DNA of 64,000 bases from positions 27,032,001-27,096,000 of the forward strand of contig OX597834.1 in assembly GCA_951406725.2 (NCBI GenBank). The letters are read 5' to 3'. Source of the DNA: Octopus vulgaris. Taxonomy: Eukaryota. The first letter of the stretch is position 1. The number at the start of each line of letters is the position of its first letter. The notes below the pieces were generated by a model. That model was given only the letters and a program-made list of their open reading frames with translations, made no database searches and was not told where the DNA came from. Shown piece by piece: positions 54,315-64,000 of the stretch. Made by a program: the position numbers and the translations under genes.

Positions 54315-55559
54315 GTCGTACTCAATCATTTGATAGTATAGATTATATAACATCTGTCGCTATATTTTGCAGGAAAGTGAGGGCGTCTTTTCGGAGGAGC
54401 TGTGAAATGATTGGTCAGGTGATTAACCGCTCTTTTGTTCTCTGCATATCGAAACCAGAGAAGGAATTTATTTTCACTATTATAAATTTTAATCGTAGCT
54501 AAAGGTTTTTTTAATATATAAATTTATTTCAATACTTATTCAATCTTGTGCATAATAAGCGTGTATGTTTGTGTGGTTGTGTGGTTGGTGCAGTGTGTGT
54601 GTGTGTGAGCGTGTGTTTGTGCAGATATGCTGTAGGTTTACTTTAATTAAATTATTTCGGTACAAGTTGATTACTTTTATATATAGTACACAGTGCGACT
54701 TACAATTGTAGAGCTGCGAGTGCATCCGAAGATGATCAGAGGTTAAACCGATCGCAATGAGAAAAGATAAATACACACATACACACGCACACACACACAT
54801 GCACACACTCATATAAACATAGACATACACACAAAATATGTAACAGCGAGATACATTGGTTTATAAGTTCGTTCATTGAAACGGAACTCGTAGGAGACGG
54901 CTGGACGAAATGTAAAGCTGGCCTTCGAAGGATACAAAAACAGAACATACTCAGAAAGAAAGAGAAGCACACAAGTGCAAATTCATATGTGAAACAAGGT
55001 ACCCAAATGAAAGTGTTATATGTAGATAGAAGAAAAACATTAGTTGGTAACTCTAGCAAACTTAAGCAGAAAAGATGAGCTTTGAAAGCCTAAGTAATAG
55101 CGAGGTACAAACCGGAAATAAACGTATACGAGTATATAAACTATGGGAAGTTATCTGGACTTTATTGTGATGGTTTTACTAGTTATGTCATCATTCCAAT
55201 GCTCCTTTGATTCCTACTATAAAACGCGTCAACACTGCATCGTCATCAGTTCTCATTTGCTTTGTTGGGATCGAGAAAACGCTAAAACTTTTATGCATTT
55301 AGTAACGTAATCGTTCCACGTTAATCATAGCCTAATAATTACGAAGATATGAGAAAAAGCGATCGTTGCTATACGACTCAAATCAGTATATCATATAAGT
55401 GTGTATATGTACGTTTGTCTGTTCTTGTACTAGTATCGGTTGGGCAAGCAGGTATCGATAAAATGGACACTAGAACAAAATACGTGGCGGGGTTGATATC
55501 CCAAGATGTTTGGAAGCCGGTAACACAAAATGGAGACCAACAGTACCACAGTTTGCATA

Positions 55560-55710
55560 CCCATGGTACCTCGGAATGAACAACTCTACCCACAGTACCA
55601 AAGTACGAACACAGAACGTACCTTAGAATGGAAACAAACCATACCTTAGTATGGACACAAATAGTACCTTATTAGGGACATAGATGGTACATCAGTATGC
55701 ATACAGACCA
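55560..55710. repeat. Degenerate ~23-bp minisatellite
   Basis: Recurring GTACCTTAG.ATGGACACAAA-like unit, about six copies. Confidence 0.6.
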
Positions 55711-56082
55711 ATGTTTCCAAACAATGGTAGACATAAAGTCAAAGACTACATATTCTTTGGCAAGGTACACATCCCACAACAGAAAACGTTGTCAGAGAAA
55801 TGCAGAGATGGGCGGTATTTCTCTGTGAGGATGTAATAATTATGACAAAAATCTATATACATAGGGCGTTGTATTGAACCGTATACACTACGGAAGGCGA
55901 ATCATAAATACTGAGTCATGAGAGTAGAGAATATATACACAAATGTCTTACAAAATCTAATGTAGGGAGAATTGCTTATGAGAAATAGCAAAAAATATTT
56001 AGTAAATACGATGTATATGCGTATATATATTTACTTAAATATAATGTAAGTGTATATAAATAAATATATACGTATATATATA

Positions 56083-56171
<89 letters not shown>

Positions 56172-56206
56172 ATGTATATATATCTATATATATATATATA
56201 GATAGT

Positions 56207-56248
<42 letters not shown>

Positions 56249-56512
56249 CTGCTCTATATACATATACATACATACACAAACACAAGCGCGTGAGCGTGTG
56301 TGTGTGTGAATGTGCGTAGCCAGCTGGTTAGGGCGTTCCATTCACAATCACGAGATCGTGGTTTCAATTCCCAGGTCGGTGGTGCGGTCTATTCTTGAGC
56401 AAAACGCTTCACTCCCCGCAGCAGCAGTTCACTCTCCTGTTGATAGCTAACCCTACGCCGGACTCACGTTCCATCCAAGAAGCGGGATGTTAGGTCTGCC
56501 AGCCCGATCGCC

Positions 56513-56711
56513 CCGCGTGTGTACCGTTGGCGATTTTTTTTCCTCCGTCTTCCCTTCTCTGGATCTTTCATTTTCCTATGTTTCTGACGAAGAGTTCCGC
56601 TCGAAACGTAAAACCCTCCTTTTTCCCTTCCTTCCTGATCGTCCAATAATACTATTTTTGTTCCACGTCCTCGCTTTGTTGTGTTTTCTCTTGGTGTTTT
56701 CATGTTTGGAT

Positions 56712-56715
<4 letters not shown>
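56513..56715 (+). mobile_element. ~200-bp hammerhead-bearing repeat, copy 2
   Basis: Closely similar to 19909-20110; ends in (TA)n. Confidence 0.8.
56580..56614 (+). ncRNA. Minimal type-I hammerhead ribozyme
   Basis: GTTT-CTGACGA-A-GAGT(TCC)GCTC-GAAAC-GTA-AAAC; GUA triplet. Confidence 0.8.
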
Positions 56716-56771
<56 letters not shown>

Positions 56772-57324
56772 CAAATATATATACCTGCATATAACACACA
56801 TATGCATATACATACATATATACATATCTATATTTTTATGACAAATATGAAGTCCATATTCCATTCAATTCATTAATTGATTACTGTATCTTACTATTTA
56901 ATATATCTTAACAAGCTCCCTAATCAGACCCAGGTGGAAAGAAGCAACCCCTCTCCCACAACAGGTGCGAAGAGATACCATATTAAAATAAAAATTTGAT
57001 AAACAAGGAAAGACTTGCAAATAAAAACTTGCAAATAAAAATGCATGTATAGAAATAAAAAAAACAGGTGCCTAAACGTATTCCAAATAAATAAACGGGT
57101 GGTAAAATATAAAGAAATAGATATAAATGCAACAGAGATATATTGAAAGAAAACGGGTAGCTGACAATGATGGAATCGACAGAATTGGTAAACAGTCAGT
57201 GGAAACTATTTCCTTGCAATTATTGATGTATAACTATGAATGTTTATCGCTGCGTCAATACGTTTCCATAGTTGTGCGTGTGAGTACGTGTGTGTGTATA
57301 TATAATATATATATATAAATATAT

Positions 57325-57555
57325 ATTTCTTTATTGCCCACAGGGGGCTAAACATAGAGGGGACAAACAAAGACAGACAAAGGGATTAAGTCGATTATAT
57401 CGACCCCAGTGCGAAAATGGTACTTTATTTATCGACCCCGAAAGGATGAAAGGCAATGTCGACCTCGGCGGAATTTGAACTCAGAACGTAACGACAGACG
57501 AAATACCGCTAAGCATTTCGCCTGGCGCGTTAACGTGTCTGCCAGCTCGCCACCT
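57325..57555 (-). mobile_element. SINE family A, full-length monomer
   Basis: Reverse-complement match to 2551-2781. Confidence 0.9.
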
Positions 57556-57874
57556 TTGTATATATATTATATATAAATATATAATATATATACAAATATA
57601 TAAAATATATATAAATATATATAATATATATATATGAATATATAACATATATATAGGCTCGGTGAAGCAAATAGGAAAAGTGAAGCACGTAAATAATGAA
57701 TATATGTATATTTCTCTTATTAATAATTTGGCAGAAGCGACAAAGTGACTCAAGGGCCGAGAGTTTCGTGTGTTAGCATTTGTCAAACTTAGTAAGTGCA
57801 TTGGCACTTATTAAGCATCGTTAAGTGCAAACGTAAGAAACTCTCGGTCCTTGAGTCTGTTGCTTCTGCTAAAA

Positions 57875-57946
<72 letters not shown>

Positions 57947-57947
57947 A

Positions 57948-58106
57948 TCTTTTTTTCCCCCCTTTTACGATCCCTTTTGATAGAAAACCTACGCCACCTT
58001 TTTTTTTTGCTTCTTTTGTTTTTTGTTTTTTTCATCCCCCAAAAGAAAAGCTCTACCTTGTAACTTATCCCATCTGTGTGCAGCCCTGTGTGGCCAATAA
58101 AGAAAC
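57948..58106 (+). mobile_element. Probable LINE 3' end inserted in (TATC)n
   Basis: T-rich stretch then TCCCATCTGTGTGCAGCCCTGTGTGGCCAATAAAGAAA, similar to the family A tail. Confidence 0.5.
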
Positions 58107-58107
58107 C

Positions 58108-58234
<127 letters not shown>

Positions 58235-58299
58235 CTAGTTTCAGCTCACGAGCTGTGGCCATGCTGGGGCACCGCCATTCGGTGTTGCTACATGATTTT

Positions 58300-58363
<64 letters not shown>

Positions 58364-58699
58364 CGCACAACTAAACATACATATGTGTGTGTGTGTGTGT
58401 GTGTGTCTGACTGTCTGTGAGACTGTACACCATGAGCGCCTGTGTGCTGGTATATATTGGTATATATGTACATGTAGGTCTCATTATACATGTATATATA
58501 AACGCATATAAGGCTGCATTATTTGTATACACACGGAACTGTACATTCTTGCATGTACATTTGACAGTTATATTGTGCAGCCATGCACACTTCTGCGTGC
58601 ACATGTATATACGAGAGAGTGTATGTGCATGTGTGTGCATACACACACAGTTACGCAACGAAGCACATTTGGTGACACTTCTTTCTACACAGTGGTACA

Positions 58700-58939
58700 C
58701 GAGGGGTGGGGCTGACAAGTTCTTGTTTTTACGGGTGTCGGAAAAGGCATGGTTGGAAGCCCAACCTTCCGAGTTCTTTCAAAGGGCTTAGCAAACCTAA
58801 AGGGTTTATCAAACCTGAAGGGCTGCAGCAGTGAGTGGGTGAATCTGTGAGGGGGAATATGTTGGATAAAATCATAATTAACTGATCTTTCCTATATTTT
58901 CTGTTATACCCAAAGCCAGAAAATGTTCATCACACCTCG
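58700..58939 (+). mobile_element. Degenerate mariner-derived MITE
   Basis: Imperfect TIRs CGAGGGGTGGGGCTGACAAGTTCTTG / CCAGAAAATGTTCATCACACCTCG followed by TA; internal GTGAATCTG..GGGGAATATGTTGGATAA resembles the mariner transposase C-terminus (G.YVE*). Confidence 0.6.
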
Positions 58940-59116
58940 TATATATATGTACACACCCCAACAAACACACACATATATATATATGTATACATGTATATAT
59001 ATATATATAATATATATGTGTATCTACATATATATGCGTGTGTATATACATATATACACACATTCGTATATATGTATATATTTGTATATTTATATATACA
59101 ATTACGTATGTGTGTG

Positions 59117-59157
<41 letters not shown>

Positions 59158-59191
59158 GGATATATATACATATGCATCCATATACATATCC

Positions 59192-59224
<33 letters not shown>

Positions 59225-59657
59225 AGCATATATTTGTGTGTACACACACACACACACACGCACACACACACACACATACATACACATATATATATATATA
59301 TATGTACATATGTATATACACATATATGTGTGTGTTTGTATGTACATATATATATATATATATATATACGTTATATACATATATATAAACAAAGAGAGAA
59401 AGAGAGAGAGAGGGAGAGAGATACAGAGAGGAAAGGAGAGGGAGAGTGAGAGGCGTGTGTCTCTCTATAGCTTTGTATATGTGTGTATATATGTAGCTAT
59501 CACTCAGGTAACCATTTGTTGATGACTCTAAGAAGACTATCTCGTAATATTCTCCGAAAATAAAAGCAGGAAATTACGATTTAGAAATACCAAAACATAT
59601 TGGGAAACATACATACGTACCAGTATATACATACATGCATTCATACATACATATGTA

Positions 59658-59858
<201 letters not shown>

Positions 59859-59961
59859 TTTTATTCTTTGTATACCTTCATGCTCTTATTCTTTTATACC
59901 TTTCAGCGGGGCTGCGGCCAGGCTGAGACACCGACAGAGTTTTAATATATATCACACACAA

Positions 59962-60103
<142 letters not shown>

Positions 60104-60280
60104 ATATCTGTGTATCAATATTTAGAAGCAGAAGGTCCGAAAGTTTCGGGCGTTGGCACTTTAAAAATGTGTTAATGAACGAAACTCTTCGCCGTGGAGT
60201 CACTCTGTTCTTTTTGCAAAATATTTATAAAAATATACTTATATTCACATTTTCATTTCTATTTGCTTGCATCAACATAT

Positions 60281-60375
<95 letters not shown>

Positions 60376-60660
60376 GTGTGTGTGTATGTGTGTATATACA
60401 TAGATACATACATATATATATATGTATATATATTTATACGTGCGTATTTGTGTGCGAGTGCGTGTGTGTATACATAGGTGCAATTTGTATGTATATTTTA
60501 TATATATGTAAATTTGTGTGTGTCTATATATATATTTATACACAGACACACACACACACACATATATATATATATTTATATGTATATATATACATATATT
60601 ATACATATATATATATATACATATATATATGTATATACTTATATACACATATCAATACAT

Positions 60661-60693
<33 letters not shown>

Positions 60694-61037
60694 AAACTTA
60701 TGTATCCTATAAATAATATTAATGATATTTTTATATACATGTATGACTGTATGTATGTATATGTATGCATGCAAGTATGTATCTACGTTTCTTTCTCTAT
60801 ATGTATGTATATATAAGTGTATATATATATTTGCAAAACAAGAGATGGAATTTTTTTTCTATGAAAACTTATGCTGGAGCATCATGCTGTGATGTAGTTG
60901 TTTGTTTTTCACTATTGCTTGCTGTATTTTCCAGTGTTCAAATCTTGATGACGGAATAAAGTGTATATTGTTTTTGTTTTTTGTTTTGCTTTTTCGGCTG
61001 TCAATGCGCGTCTCTCTCCATCTATCTTGTATATATG

Positions 61038-61075
<38 letters not shown>

Positions 61076-61181
61076 TATGTATATATATATATATATATAT
61101 ATGCTTTTGTGTGTGTTTGAGTGTTTGTATATATACATGTATATATAAACATATATATTTATAGCTATATATAGGTATACG

Positions 61182-61219
<38 letters not shown>

Positions 61220-61638
61220 TATATATATATATATATATATACTTATGTATATGCATATGTGTGTGTTTGAGTGTTTCTATATATACATGTATATATCAAT
61301 ATATTTATTCATATGTATATATAGGTACACACATACATACACACATATGTGTGTGTGTGAGGGTGTGGGTATGTATGTCTGGGTGGGGAGGTTACTCCAA
61401 GCAATCGCGCGTCAACCGAGTTGGTGTATTGACGTCTGAAGAACATTGCAATTTGGCAAAAGGCAATTGATACAAAAAATACAAGACTTGGCCGCAGTCT
61501 GCAAATAAACGGCAGCAGATAAATCTATCTACATATCTATATATAATATATACATATAGGCCTAATTATATATGTTTATACAAACGCATACATAGAATCA
61601 TTCGCACACATACATGCACACGGACACACACAGAAACT

Positions 61639-61674
<36 letters not shown>

Positions 61675-61747
61675 CACATATTATATATCTATCTATCAAT
61701 ATATATATATTTATGTATATATATCTATAAATGTATATATATATATG

Positions 61748-61832
<85 letters not shown>

Positions 61833-61914
61833 ATATGTATATATATGTATATATATTTATACATATATATATGCATATATATATATATATATATATTCAT
61901 ACATACGTATACAT

Positions 61915-61955
<41 letters not shown>

Positions 61956-62373
61956 AACACACACATATGTGTGTGTGCGTGTACTTTTGTTCAAAATAGT
62001 GACTTCTCAGTGGGATAATATTTTAAGTATATATATATAGATGTGCTACATCTATATTTTATAATATTAGTATATTATACTATATATGGTTGCAATTCTA
62101 TCTATCTATCTACCTATATATATATATATATCTGTATGTATATTTGAATTTATATATATATGCATATATGTGCATATATGTATATATGTATATATGCATA
62201 TATGTATGTGTGTGTATATTATGTATGTATGTATGTATATGCAAACACGGCATTAATAATTGTAACTATATTGATATATGTTCTCAAAAACATTGTATGT
62301 TTGTTTATAACAAGCTGCCTCTAATTCCGTGTCTGTGTACATACACACACACACACATATATATATATATACA

Positions 62374-62428
<55 letters not shown>

Positions 62429-62456
62429 GTATATACTTATATATACGTAATATGCA

Positions 62457-62530
<74 letters not shown>

Positions 62531-62584
62531 CACATATATATGTATGTATATTTATGCATATGTATGTTAAATATATAGATATAA

Positions 62585-62636
<52 letters not shown>

Positions 62637-62652
62637 GTTGTATACTGTCATA

Positions 62653-62769
<117 letters not shown>

Positions 62770-62894
62770 GGATACACGTATGCGTAAACATTTACACATG
62801 TAATAGCAAATGCCGAGGATGTGCATAAAAACGCAATCACGATGACATTTGGCACGTGGCAAAAGACACTTACACCAACACATACACACAGTTT

Positions 62895-62948
<54 letters not shown>

Positions 62949-63161
62949 TTCTTTCTTCCACATATACGCACACGCACATTCAATCACAGCGATATATGCT
63001 TACATCCAAACATGCACACGTTATTATATACGCACTCAAGTGGCGCATTTTCAAAGATATATACATATACATACATATATAAATGTGTGTTTGTGTGTGC
63101 ATATATATATATATATAATGTATATGCACACACATATATATATATATACATACATACTTAC

Positions 63162-63209
<48 letters not shown>

Positions 63210-63309
63210 CTATACATACATATACATATATACACGCTCTCACCTTTAAATGTATTCTATTGATATCTATAAGTAAACGAGTTTTTTGCGTATACTAAAG
63301 TTCGTCTTC

Positions 63310-63341
<32 letters not shown>

Positions 63342-63357
63342 CCATTTCCAAGTAAGT

Positions 63358-63420
<63 letters not shown>

Positions 63421-63896
63421 CCAGTTTATTTATATATATATATATATATAATTATAATCTCTATGTATATATATATGTGTGTGTGTGTGTGTGCAAATAT
63501 ATACATGTTTATATATGTACGTAAAGAGCCACACACATATGTATGTACATGGGGGCGGTTTTCTGGTTTGTGGGGCCAGCGGAGGAGACAAGAACAACGG
63601 GAAGTGAAGAATCTTGCTCAAGAACACAACGAACTATCCTGTCCAGAGATTGAAACTATCATCTTACTATTATGGATCCAGCACCTTCTACAACGGTTAT
63701 GCATGTATGTATGTATGTATGTATGTATGTATGTATGTATGTATGTATGTATGTATGTATGTATGTATGTATGTATGTATGTGTGTATCAATATTTCTAT
63801 CTTTTTATCTCCATTGACATATATGTATACATATACACACATATATGCATAAATATATACAAATATATCCATATGTATATTATGCATACATATACG

Positions 63897-63940
<44 letters not shown>

Positions 63941-63955
63941 CACACACACACACAT

Positions 63956-63990
<35 letters not shown>

Positions 63991-64000
63991 AATATATACA

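Overview
AT-rich, microsatellite-saturated eukaryotic non-coding DNA. The repeat content (tRNA-derived SINEs, (TA)n/(CA)n/(TATG)n/(TATC)n tracts, Penelope-like fragments) suggests an octopus or other coleoid cephalopod genome; this is inference. No host protein-coding gene can be supported, and nearly all ORF-track entries are simple-repeat translations. The recognisable content is mobile DNA: three or four tRNA-SINE families (called A-D here), two CR1/L2-type LINE 3' fragments, a non-autonomous Helitron, a TIR MITE with an 8-bp TSD, a mariner-derived MITE, a Penelope-like GIY-YIG fragment, a 35-bp minisatellite and a 201-bp satellite. The most interesting signals are: (i) about ten dispersed type-I minimal hammerhead-ribozyme motifs of several architectures, including two divergent pairs and one next to the Penelope endonuclease fragment; (ii) two independent single-head, multi-body SINE concatemers with the same junction, one inside a single 15-bp TSD; (iii) a SINE carrying a GC-rich, G.U-rich hairpin leader inside its TSD; (iv) a tight cluster of CRE (TGACGTCA) motifs. 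All structures and coordinates were read by eye and nothing was computed.
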